Shown: one piece after another, positions 10,196 through 20,503 of the stretch
Position numbering within the stretch: the first letter of the stretch is position 1
Layout: each line of letters starts with the position of its first letter
Assembly: GCA_002794465.1 (NCBI GenBank)
Contig: MTSL01000191.1
Span: 1 to 25,845, forward strand
Source of the DNA: Paramicrosporidium saccamoebae KSL3
Lineage: Eukaryota > Fungi > Cryptomycota
Direction: 5' to 3'
Length of the DNA: 25,845 nt
Translations under genes and position numbers: made by a program
The notes under the pieces: generated by a model
What the model was told of the DNA's origin: nothing
Database searches by the model: none
The model's input: only the letters and a program-made list of their open reading frames with translations

Positions 10196-10673
10196 TAATG
10201 ATCTCAGTAGTGGCTGCGCTGTAACGATTATATCGTGTTATAAATGAGCAAAGTTGATTGGCCAAAAAACTATCTGCCAATCGCTACATTTCTAGCATGC
10301 AAATCATTGGTTCTTTCCCCCCATATTGAGATAGGTGCGAGGAGCCTAATGCCCGGCTTATAATTATAGTACGTTAAGTAAATCCATCTGCCATCATGGA
10401 TTGAGTTTTAAAGTAATTGCACGATGGCCATGATACTTGTCAGAGATGATATCGGCACTATAAACTTTGAAAAAGTAAGCGGCCCAATATAATAGGTTGT
10501 ACTGTGTCGGGTGCCGATTCGAAATGCATTTCAGCAGGATTACATTGTAATTTTTATGCACTCAAATCAATTTAAAATGTTTTCTAACAGTATCATATTG
10601 TCGTTACTATCGTGCAAGCCCGATTCAAGGCATCTTCCAACAGGACCATTAAGACTCCCATAATACAAAGTTA

Positions 10674-11138
10674 CTAAAAGTCTTCATCCTCATCGTCGAG
10701 GGCCGGGCGTCTTTGGAATTTTATCTTAGACTCTTGGGATTGCTGCTGTACATTAATGTTTTCTAAAAGCCCCACCAAGTCATTTTCTGTCAACTGGCCG
10801 GTAGGAGAGCTTCCACGCAGCCGACCGCTTCGGGCAGCATCGATTATCAAGTCTTCCAAGGCCCTACCACGTTCCGGCTTTACCATAGTAATGCGCGACA
10901 CTATATTTATCATACAATCACCAACTTGAACCATACATCTCTGACGAGCATCACTAGAAAGTATGCGTAACAGGATCTCGCTTCGCATTTGCTCATGCTT
11001 CTCTTGCTCGGCCATTTGCTTCCTCCCCGCATCAGGTCCCTAAAAATTTAGTAATAAACGATTAATAGTAACTGCTTGCGCTTGCATTTCTGCCAACCGC
11101 CGAGCACGAATAGCCGCCAACTCGGAATCCTCTGCCAT
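10674..11138 (-). CDS. PDCD5: Programmed cell death protein 5 family (PDCD5/Sdd2)
   Basis: Introns 11040-11072 and 10901-10936 give MAEDSELAAIRARRLAEMQ...ILSSDARQRLSRITMVKPERGRALEDLII...ENDLVGLLE...KIKFQRRPALDDEDEDF. Confidence 0.93.
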
Positions 11139-11375
11139 TGATTACCCCGGACGGCTCATCGAGAAATCGAATATGTTGCGATCGTGTAAAGTGGTGGATT
11201 GATTGACGGGTTGGGAATGGATCAACCTCTTCGGTAACAGTCATAGACACTCAACCAACGGAATTTGGTTGCATTTGTGAGTCTACAAGCTGATGGTAAA
11301 GGCTGTTGTTTGCCTAGTGCAAATAACAATGATGACTGGGTTCGTTGTGGTTTTCCTATTGCGCGATAATAAAAC

Positions 11376-11475
11376 TGTGACGTAGAGGTAGAGGATTGAT
11401 TAGTTGGGTATGTGACGTAGAGGCAGAGGGTTGATTAGTTGGGTATGTGACGTAGAGGCAGAGGGTTGATTAGTT
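11376..11475. repeat. 35-bp tandem repeat, about 2.9 copies
   Basis: Unit TGTGACGTAGAGGCAGAGGGTTGATTAGTTGGGTA starts at 11376, 11411 and 11446. Copy 1 has 2 substitutions and copy 3 is truncated at 30 nt. Confidence 0.95.
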
Positions 11476-11598
11476 TAGAAAAGACCTAGTTGCTGGGTAT
11501 TTGAGGACAGTGAGATGTGTATCCATACTATTCTAGGATTAGCAGTGAACAATCCTCCCTTCCCGTCTGTGGTATCATCCACACTACGCGACAAAACT

Positions 11599-13233
11599 CT
11601 AATTGGATGTATTGCTCCAGTTACGCTTAATATTGGTGCGGACTTTACGTATATTGGGAAGGGGTCCTGAAAATCTGCTGCTTGGGCTCATGTATGGAAC
11701 ATTCTGGTGATCCGGATGGGCTCTTGAAATTAGCGAATTTGGAAAATGGAACCCAAGCCTAAATACCAGCGTGTATAGTGCTTTTTGGGTAAGCTGTCCC
11801 AGTCGCATAGGGGTTATAATCTCCATCATCTGATTAATCGGATCCACTGACCGAACTAAAGCAGCGCCAAACACTTCGGGGACAAGATCACCGGCTCTGA
11901 CTCTTGACACTCGTAGTGAATTCACCTCAAACAGAGTGTGACACTGCATCTCGGTGGCCAGGCCAACAACCGCATGGTTCAATAATGCGAGGAAGGTTGC
12001 TCTTTCAGCAAACTCAAAAGGACTGGAAAGAAGAATGCGGATTCGACGAAACGGTACCACAATGGGAACGAATTCAGAAAGTGTCCTGGTAAAGTCGTAT
12101 TTGAGATATTCGCTGGTGGGGTCTTGGTGAAAGTAGGAAAGCCAAACCAGATCGCGAAGGTCCCTCGGATTCGTTCTTGTTCTATCCGAGTCCTTTCCAG
12201 ATGCTTTAGCGGGATGTATAGATGCCACAGATACGAGTTCGTCCCTTGCATATGGGACCGCCTCTGTGAATTTTGCTTCCGGGATGTCGTACAATGCTTC
12301 CCAAATATATTCGGGCACAGAATCGTCGAGTGTAGGAGAGTCAGCCTTCATTGCAATAATATGGGATGGCCGGCACTCTTGGAGAATATTTTGTAGTAAC
12401 AAGAAGCCCATACCAGTAATCCATCCCATCGTGTTGACTATCAGAGGAATGCCAGCATGGCTATACTGTCTTTTGTAAATGTCAATTAGTGATTTGCAGC
12501 AATCAAAGTAGCAGCGGGGGCTGCGATCAACGCCGGAGAGACCTAGGTAGCGCATGTGATCCACCGAGCCAGAATGTCTTATGGGAGGGCCGAGTAGAGC
12601 ATCTGTAACAATTCCTAGGGATGAAAATCCCGGCGGCGCAAATTCAGTTTGCCCACAATCAAGGTCCATGTGGGCCACTTTACAATAAGAATTAAGCAGC
12701 TGATTGACGATGAATCGGCCAAAAGTAGACTTGCCAACCTTTCGAGGGCCGCAGATGAGGATTATTGGCGGGCTGGAATTCTCAATCGTCTTTGGCAGAG
12801 ACGACGCAAGCCTACACCATTCCACAGGCTCCCTAAAATAAAGATAGTCCCCTTCAGGATCCAATGCATAGGACTCTTTCGAGCCAACAGGCTATACAAT
12901 TATAGTCTCCAGACATATATCATACAATTCCTAGCGCACTTCCTCCCTGAGAAAGACGCAAATCTTCGAGACCATTAAAAACTGACGCAATCCCCAAAAT
13001 GGCATCCGCTGAACTATCTGGATTTTCCACAAAAAGGAGACTGGTCGTGGGAGGTGATACTATTCTTTGGGTCGCATCCCGAGGTGATAGCGTTCTACCA
13101 AATACATGGATATTTCCCGAAATGGCCTTTACATAAGCCTGGCCTATAACATATCGTCTCTGAAGGAATTTAGTCAAAATGTGGTGTGTACCTCTCCTGG
13201 CTTTAGACAAACATTCTGAAACACGGGCTCCAT
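11599..13233 (-). CDS. GRC3: Polynucleotide 5'-hydroxyl kinase (Grc3/NOL9, Clp1-like P-loop)
   Basis: Introns 13160-13191 and 12892-12925. N-terminus MEPVFQNVCLKPGE-RRYVIG, Walker A GPRKVGKST, then MDLDCGQTEFAPPG, PLIVNTMGWITGMG and a C-terminal KVRTNIKR. Confidence 0.92.
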
Positions 13234-13295
13234 TGGCCCCAGCCGAATAGTAGGGTGCCAGGGTCAAGGTGGCTTCTATTCCAAACGCAACTTTT

Positions 13296-14978
13296 ATGAC
13301 CATCACACAGGCGTCTCCACGGTCTGCAGAGTCTGGTACTATGCGTCACCTAGACAGCTTTAAGGAACTCAAGGTTCTTTACGAGGCACCTCTTACACAG
13401 CTACTGGACATTTTTCCTCATTGGACGGAGGAAGACCTAGTGGCCGCCTTGTCAGATCTGAAGGGTGACCTTGAGATGGTAATCGACCGTATCTCCGAAG
13501 GTATCCACATCTTCAAATAATATCTAACGTACGTAGGTCACATAAAGCCTTGGGCTAAAAGCGGAAAGAAGCCGGTCAAAAGAGACGTTAGTACTGAGCC
13601 CTTTATCCGTAGAAATTATCGCAAGAATCCTCCCGTGGAACGGCAAGTCCTAAATAAGGAACCCATCCGGCCTGAAAGACCTCACGATAAGCAGCAAGCA
13701 AGCGCTAATACAGTAGAAATTGTAACACGGCCGTCCGAGGCTAACGCCGCTCCAGAGCCAGCTACTTCCAATAATGTTCTGGAGAATTCCAAGACGACAG
13801 AAGCCAAGTGTGCCGCAAACGTAAAGAGATACACCAGCATCAACTCTGAAAATGCAAAGACCAAGGCTATTGATCCCAAGGGGGTGCGTCATATGCAAAC
13901 CAAAAAAGACAGCGTCGAATTATGTGAGGGCTCTCTTGTACATGAAGAAAAACTTGCTCATTTTGTGTCTTCTATCGTGGAGGAGGAGGCTGTTCATGCT
14001 GCACCAATAGTGCAGATGCCAAAGACCCTGTCTTCGAGAATCTCCAGTAGCATCGCCGTCCAGCAGCCCGTCGTTGTGCTGCCGCTAAAGGCAACCGTTC
14101 GGCCTGGTCTGTCTGTCAACTTTGGTGCTGCTAACCAAAGCTCACTTGGTGGACAGACACAAATCGTCCGAACCCTTGACAATTCATTGAATGCTATGAA
14201 TCACATTGCCTCTCCTGAAACTGCCACTCCCAGATACACTTCAACTAGTGTCGAGGCGACCCTGCTTTCTAGCCCAAGAAATGAGTCTTCCGATGTCACA
14301 GGTGCCCGGCGTAGCCAGCCCATCCAAAGACCTGTGCAGTCTGCAAATCGCGACAACTATATGACTCCTCCTCCTGGATTAGCGAGCGAGATCAGCCCTC
14401 TGGAAACTCATTTTGTGTCTCATGGGTCATCCTATACTAATGCCAAGGCCGCCTCTCCGGTTAACCGCTACTCACAATATCCGTCTGGTGGATCACACTA
14501 TTCGCACGACGACATTGCTGATGCATCATATTACTCTCAAGGCTCACGCCCTCATTATCAACAGTCTTTGACACAGTCGGTGCCGCCTGCAACCAACTTT
14601 TCTCGTTCGATGGATTTTAACAAGCCTTCAGTAGAAAATGGTCGCCCAGCACAGCCATTCGGGGCCCCTTGGAATACTTATGCCAATCCTCAGGGTCAAC
14701 ACGGGAACTATTACCCGAACACCCATTATTCACAGCATGTTTACCCTGAAGCCTCGGCCTACCATCAGCAGCCCCATTACTCAGTGCCGCCCGCCAATCG
14801 CTACTCTAATCAACCACCCAACACTTTGTACAATTCTACAAATCCCTACGGCGCTGGCGGTTTCTACGGTGGAGTAAATGACCAGAACTTTGGTAACCAG
14901 CAGGCGCCACGTAGTGGAACGCAGCCAGCTTCTCGCCAAGTGTTCTCGGGCACATTTCCCCAGACAAAGAATCTGTAG
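13296..14978 (+). CDS. CUE-domain protein with a low-complexity C-terminus (Def1/UBAP2-like)
   Basis: LTQLLDIFPHWTEEDLVAALSDLKGDLEMVIDRISEG, intron 13501-13536, then HIKPW. This matches the Def1-type CUE pattern and is followed by a S/P/Q/N/Y-rich tail. Confidence 0.75.
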
Positions 14979-15054
14979 GACATAAAATGGTGACGCACTT
15001 TTATATTTCTGCAATTGCACAGTTAAGTTTTTCTAAATACACAGCCCGTTGCAG

Positions 15055-15856
15055 TCATCTACAATTGCAATCACAGCCCGGGCAACGCAGGTTGGGATTT
15101 GCTGTCAAGATACGGTCAAAGCAGTCCTGGTGTGCAATATACGAGCAACTATCGTTGATACAGGTAAAGCTCTATGATGCAAACACTAGCAGAGTGTCCT
15201 ACCTTGGTAGTAACTAGATTTTTACAAATTCCACAGTCAAAAAATAAGCCTTCCTCTCGCAAATAACCCTCAAGCTCGGCCGTTGTTCTTGGACCGATCA
15301 TCAGTTTTCCCGATGTGCTACACAAGATGATCAACTATGACTGAATTACGTTCGCACAAGCCAATAATCAGCAACAAGTGAATCCATCAAGTCCTCACAT
15401 TGCTTTTTTGTCAGCTCGCCGCTAGCTTGAGTCATGGCATCCAGAATTGATGCTCGATACTGGGAAGAGTCCGAGATGAATCGCAACTGAATATTCATTA
15501 GATGACAGGCCGTAGAAGTCTACCAGACGCTTAAAGCACTCTACTTGTTCAAGCGTGTATTGTGTGGCAAGCTGGGCAATATTATCGGCGAGCGTGTTGT
15601 AAATTGCCCAGACGTGAGAGCTACTCTCAAAGGAGTACATCTTTCGAAGTTCTATATGGTATGGCCGGAGGGTGTCTCGTATGAGGTTGAATAAAGCGAG
15701 AAATTCATCCGGAGACAAATCATCTAAAAAAGTGAGTCGCTCCAATGGCCACATACTTTCGTCAAGAACGGCACGAGCAAAGTTTAGCGCCCTTTCGTCA
15801 CTCACAAGCCTTTCTTTAAATAGCCATTGGACCAGCGTGGGAATGGCAGCTTCCAT
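15055..15856 (-). CDS. NSE1: SMC5/6 complex non-SMC element 1 (winged helix plus RING-like domain)
   Basis: Introns 15487-15523, 15318-15349 and 15172-15202 give ...LTKKQCEDLMDSLVADYWL...IGPRTTAELEGYL...CGIC...TCINDSC...HQDC...CPGC, the Nse1 C4HC3 finger. Confidence 0.9.
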
Positions 15857-15872
15857 CTGACCCTTGACGCCA

Positions 15873-16856
15873 ATGCCAAAGTCCCCAGACAGCATTTCTG
15901 AATCTCGATACCAAACGCTGGAGACACTTATCTGTGGCGGGGTTGCAGGAAGTGTGGCAAAGACTGTTATCGCACCATTTGACCGTGTCAAGATTCATTT
16001 TCAAGTCCAAAACCCTGCTCTTTCTCCGTACTCTGGCCGGTTAAGAGGTGTTTTCCATGCACTACAAATGATTTACAAATCCACCGGAATTACCGGAGTC
16101 TATAGGGGCCATTCGGCTATGCTACTAAGAATATTTCCATATGCCGCCATCAACTATTTGTCTTACGAAACATTTCGTCGGGGCCTATACGAAGGGGAAC
16201 CTGTGGGGCAAGTAGCTTGGTGGAAGCGGATCTTGGCGGGCTCTTTAGCGGGCTCTGTCGCTGTTTCCTGCACCTACCCGCTGGACATAATTCGCGTCCG
16301 CCTCGCCTTTGATTTATCCACTAAGAAAGGAGAAGCCGGCCTCCGAAGATATGTACAATCTTTTCAGACTGTAGCATCGGCCCTTGCTTCTGAAGGCAGA
16401 AAGTTATTTGGGTTTCCCTTGGCTGGATTTTATCAAGGATTCCTTCCAACACTTGGAGGGATCCTTCCTTACGCAGGTGTTTCATATTTTTCCTTTGAAA
16501 GTCAAAAATCCGCGTACCGCACCCATATAGCCAGGAACGAAGATGCTGATATTCCACTGGCTCTTAAACTTATAATGGGGATGCTATCCGGCGCATTGGC
16601 CCAAACTGCTGCATATCCACTCGATGTCGTTCGTCGCAGAGCTCAAGTTTTGCGCGTCGCTCCTCATTTGAGAAAAATTCATTCTGGTCGTCCATCTGCT
16701 CTTCAAATACTAGCAGCTGTCCTTCGAGAGCATGGTGTTCGGGGTTTATTTGCCGGTCTGAGTATCAATTATTTAAAGGTCGCTCCTGCAACCGGAGTCT
16801 CTTTTGTGATCTATGAATTTATGCGAGAGAACATATTTCACATGCCGCGTATTTAG
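15873..16856 (+). CDS. LEU5: Mitochondrial carrier, coenzyme A transporter family (Leu5/SLC25A16/SLC25A42)
   Basis: Three carrier repeats (APFDRVK, YPLDIIRVR, YPLDVVRRR) plus GHSAMLLRIFPYAAINY, GILPYAGVSY and GLSINYLKVAP. Intronless. Confidence 0.9.
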   Translation: MPKSPDSISESRYQTLETLICGGVAGSVAKTVIAPFDRVKIHFQVQNPALSPYSGRLRGVFHALQMIYKSTGITGVYRGHSAMLLRIFPYAAINYLSYETFRRGLYEGEPVGQVAWWKRILAGSLAGSVAVSCTYPLDIIRVRLAFDLSTKKGEAGLRRYVQSFQTVASALASEGRKLFGFPLAGFYQGFLPTLGGILPYAGVSYFSFESQKSAYRTHIARNEDADIPLALKLIMGMLSGALAQTAAYPLDVVRRRAQVLRVAPHLRKIHSGRPSALQILAAVLREHGVRGLFAGLSINYLKVAPATGVSFVIYEFMRENIFHMPRI

Positions 16857-16917
16857 AAATGGCTGCTATGGCACAAATTGTACGTAGATTTATATTCTGG
16901 TAGTGCGTTTTGCGGAA

Positions 16918-17973
16918 TTAATCCCGCTTTTTGCTAACGCGCTTGAGCTCGTCGGAACTGAGCATTTCATACATTTGAAGTTCGGCCGCCAGCTTTCCCA
17001 TTCTTCGGCGAAGTAGCTCTTGCATCTCTTCATTATTAACAACAGGCTCCATTGCAGATACGAGATGGTAATCCGTTTCCTTGCGGAGGACTGTCTTTGA
17101 TACTGTCTCCATTCTGCCAGCCAGCTCCTTTAATATGGCTTCTGGACTAGCTGGTTTTGCCAATCCAGTAACCTGCCCGAATGCCATACTTGCATACATA
17201 TATGCCTGTCGCCCAATATTCAACTTTTGGTATGTAGGAGTGCGTTTCCATAATCTGATAATGTATCCGATAAGCAAAATCTCATCCGCAGCGGTTGGCA
17301 AAGCTCTGGCAAACTTTCCAGGCCGCATCAAAATATAAAGATCAATGCTTGCCATGCATAATAGTCCGACAAAGCGCCAAAACACTCCATTGCGAGTTCC
17401 AAACCCAGAAGATATCAGAAAAAATATACTTGTCGAAGCGTAGAAAGCAATCCACTCCGCGGAGGCTTGGAGAAAATAATCTTTAATAGAGGCGCTGACG
17501 CTGGATTTCGAGGATGACATACTTACAGCACGAAGCACATCAGGACCATAGCAATCATAGGCGTTCCTGGATGTATCAGCTCCTAGTACTTCGTAAATAT
17601 GCTTGATCTTCATAAACTGTGTCTTGTCACTATTGGGATTTTTGTCAGGATGCAAGCTGATAATGGTGTGACGGAAATGGGTCTTGAGCTTCGTATCGAC
17701 ATCTTGTCTATCAACACCGATTTGGTAGTAGTATGAAGGCACGATGTTTTTGATAAAATCGGCCATGCAGTAAGCAAAATAGGCAACAACCACTAGTGCA
17801 TACACCCGCTGGTAGTGCCGCTGGTATGCGGGGGTTCCTTCCTTGGGTCGATTAGATGGATTCTTGTATTTAAAGCCATAATATTGACCCAGAATAAGTT
17901 TTGCCAAAAAAGGTGGAACAAACAGCCAGAGGACGAGAGTAGAAAGAAAGTCTAGCGTCGAAGACTCGGCCAT
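16918..17973 (-). CDS. Membrane-anchored J-domain (DnaJ) protein of an uncharacterised fungal-type family
   Basis: N-terminal TM segments and PKEGTPAYQRHYQR, then a J-domain with intact HPD (LHPDKN...YEVL...RNAYDCYGP), then further TM helices. Intronless. Confidence 0.85.
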   Translation of the reverse strand: MAESSTLDFLSTLVLWLFVPPFLAKLILGQYYGFKYKNPSNRPKEGTPAYQRHYQRVYALVVVAYFAYCMADFIKNIVPSYYYQIGVDRQDVDTKLKTHFRHTIISLHPDKNPNSDKTQFMKIKHIYEVLGADTSRNAYDCYGPDVLRAVSMSSSKSSVSASIKDYFLQASAEWIAFYASTSIFFLISSGFGTRNGVFWRFVGLLCMASIDLYILMRPGKFARALPTAADEILLIGYIIRLWKRTPTYQKLNIGRQAYMYASMAFGQVTGLAKPASPEAILKELAGRMETVSKTVLRKETDYHLVSAMEPVVNNEEMQELLRRRMGKLAAELQMYEMLSSDELKRVSKKRD

Positions 17974-17990
17974 ATATTATAAATATATTT
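17974..17990. promoter_or_regulatory. TATA-like tract in the 41-bp divergent J-protein/LSC1 spacer
   Basis: ATATTATAAATATATTT lies directly between head-to-head ATGs (17973 on -, 18015 on +). Function is inferred from position only. Confidence 0.4.
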
Positions 17991-18014
17991 CAGGTTAACT
18001 GCATATTAACATCC

Positions 18015-19116
18015 ATGAATTTAGTCGTGCGTGCCACATGTCCCATATTAATCTGCTAGTCCCGCGCTTTAATTACTGCTCGCCTGCGAACCTATTCCAG
18101 TCGTGCTGGAAAACTACCATATGAAGAGACTGTACGTAATTTGGCAATTGGGAAGGGCACAAAGGTCATCTGCCAAGGCTTTACCGGAAAACAGGTACTA
18201 CCAATTACGCAGCGGTGAAACTTGCCATTAGGGAACGTTTCACTCCAGCCAGGCAATTGAGTATGGCACCAATATGGTCGGCGGAGTAACTCCGGGAAAA
18301 GGAGGCCAAACGCATCTCGGCCTTCCAGTTTTCAATTCAGTGTCCGACGCTAAAGCAGCCGTTAATCCAGATGCGACTGTGATTTATGTCCCCCCTCCAC
18401 TGGCAGCCGCCGCAATATTAGAGGCAGTGAAATGTGAGATCCCCCTAATTGTATGCATCACGGAAGGGATTCCACAGCACGATATGGTAAAGGTCACAAG
18501 GGCTCTTCACGAACAAGGCAAATCTCGTCTTCTTGGGCCTAATTGTCCTGGTATTATTCGTCCAGGTGAGTGTAAAATAGGCATCATGCCTGGTCATATT
18601 CATCGAAAAGGCTCAATAGGAATTGTTTCGCGCTCTGGTACTCTCACCTATGAGGCTGTTGCACAGACAACTGCAGCTGGTCTGGGTCAAAGTCTTTGTG
18701 TCGGTATTGGTGGAGACCCGTTCAACGGGACCAATTTTGTTGACTGCCTTAAACTATTTTTGCAAGATCCTGAGACGGAAGGTATAAAGACGTCATTGCA
18801 ATACTGATATATAGGAATTGTTCTTATAGGAGAAATCGGAGGCTCTGCAGAGGAAGAAGCGGCCGATTTCCTACGCAAGCATAACTTGACCCGTGATCGA
18901 CCAAAGCCCGTTGTTTCATTTATTGCAGGACAAACTGCTCCGCCGGGTAGAAGAATGGGGCACGCAGGAGCAATTATCTCTGGTGGCAAAGGAACAGCTA
19001 CCGATAAGATCAACGCTCTCGAAAGCGCCGGAGTGCTAGTCACGCATTCACCAGCAAAGATCGGCGCGACGATGCTCGAAGCAATGAATATTGCCAAGAA
19101 AAGATTCCGGAACTAG
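18015..19116 (+). CDS. LSC1: Succinyl-CoA ligase subunit alpha, mitochondrial
   Basis: Introns 18027-18059, 18195-18231 and 18782-18814 give [18 protein letters not shown]...[16 protein letters not shown]...GPNCPGII...[11 protein letters not shown]...GIGGDPF...GEIGG...RRMGHAGA, with the phospho-His motif intact. Confidence 0.97.
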
Positions 19117-19717
19117 TAATGAGACTCTTTTATAATACACTGTAGAGTTCCCAGTGTGACAGCTCGGGAGATCTGTGATTTTTAAATCTAAAGTCAACCA
19201 TTTCCGTGCGATAACTAACTACAGCCAGTACAGTTGAGAAGAAAATGTATGCTCTACTACTACTTTTAAATGCGACTCGGCTCGCACAATATCGATTTAA
19301 GGGAATGTGCGTTTATAAAAAGATGCACGATCATAGTCTCCCGTCGCTTACAGTTCATGTGCACAACACCAATAATTTTTCAATATTCGGTGCAATAGTG
19401 ATTGTGTTCGTTTTAAGTGCCGTAAAATATTCTGCAAATTAATAGAAATACAGGACCCTGTCTGACTGAATAATTATTGACGGCAATTAGTGTCTCTAGA
19501 ACTCAGTATAGTATAGCTAATTCTGGGCTGTTTTTTAGTGGATAATTTCGATGGCCGCTCGATTTTTCGACTACCGAGCTGAAAGGCCGTTATGATCGTA
19601 ACGCATGTGTACAATATGTAATATAATTACTTCAGTTGATAATACTACTCTCCAGAGGTGCCACAGGCCCCTTTGCTAGTACTTGTGTGCAGACGGGGGT
19701 GCCGAATAATATCCACC

Positions 19718-20503
19718 ATGGCGGTATGCGCCGTACTGAGCTGTTGATTCTTAGGAAGTCAGATTGTACACAAGTAATCAAGAACGAGAGTCATTCGAAA
19801 CTATGGCTGACTTGTATTCAATTTTCATCGCTACCGAGAACTTGGAAAAAGCTTATATTCGCGATACAGTGAGTCATGATGAGTAGGTCTTCGATGTTAT
19901 TCCTCAGCTTATAGATACACACAAGCTTGTGGAAAACTAATCGCACAGTTCAAGACTAGTGTCAATGTGTTAGGGTCCGGCTTTGATGTCAAAGATTTCA
20001 TCAAGCGTTATGACGTATAGTTGCATTCGGGCGAGTAATCTGTATTTAGATTCGCTGTCCAGCGGCTGTTCACAGACTAGTTGAAGTTGGTGTTCCTGCC
20101 ACTACAGAACATACCGCCGCGGCAGATGGAAGTGGAAGTTTAACAAAGCACGTCGCCGAAACAGTCCAGGTATAATTGGGCATTGCTACTGAACCATACT
20201 AGCACTTCATTACGCTATTAGATTCCTTAAAGTTAAATTTAGTGGCGGTGGATCAGATACACCCTCTTCTTGCAGATCTCATGCAGAGTCTTGCACAAGT
20301 CAAGGTTATCCCATCAACATATCAAGGAAAAGCCAGGATTTTGGAGTGGTACTCTAACTCTATTATTTTCACTTTGAAGGTTGAAAAAATTAAACCAGAT
20401 GAAGGCATCGGATGAATTGGCTACTGATGAGGTTCGCCAACTATCATTCGATCTTGAAAGTTCTTTGACAGAATTTCACCGAGTGCTAGCAACAACAAAA
20501 TAG
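19718..20503 (+). CDS. VPS28: ESCRT-I subunit Vps28
   Basis: Not in the ORF track. Five introns (19724-19754, 19883-19914, 20015-20049, 20170-20202, 20349-20379) give MAEVRLY...ADLYSIFIATENLEKAYIRD...EYTQACGKLIAQFK...CPAAVHRLVEVGVPAT...VAETVQHFITLLDSLKL...DQIHPLLADL...WLKKLNQMKASDEL...RQLSFDLE. Confidence 0.95.

Noticed and set aside
11376-11475. 35-bp repeat as a CRISPR array
   Set aside because: The copies are directly adjacent with no unique spacers, the context is eukaryotic, and there are no cas genes.
11376-11475. TTAGTTGGG as telomeric repeat
   Set aside because: It is not a tandem TTAGGG-type array and lies between housekeeping genes.
12920-13306. ORF-track start for GRC3 at 13306, overlapping the CUE gene
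   Set aside because: The 32-nt intron at 13160-13191 switches frame to MEPVFQNVCLKPGE (ATG 13233), which fits the family better and removes the overlap.
15422-15991. ORF-track N-terminal extension of NSE1 overlapping LEU5 by about 120 nt
   Set aside because: The track uses a non-ATG start and the extension is the antisense of LEU5's conserved first helix. The ATG at 15856 fits Nse1.
19520-19600. tRNA-like TAGTGGATAA and CTCGATT boxes
   Set aside because: There is no cloverleaf, acceptor stem or proper T-loop.
19245-19872. ORFs 19245-19442 and 19636-19872
   Set aside because: No homology cues. The second starts at a non-ATG codon and is partly VPS28 intron and exon sequence read without splicing.
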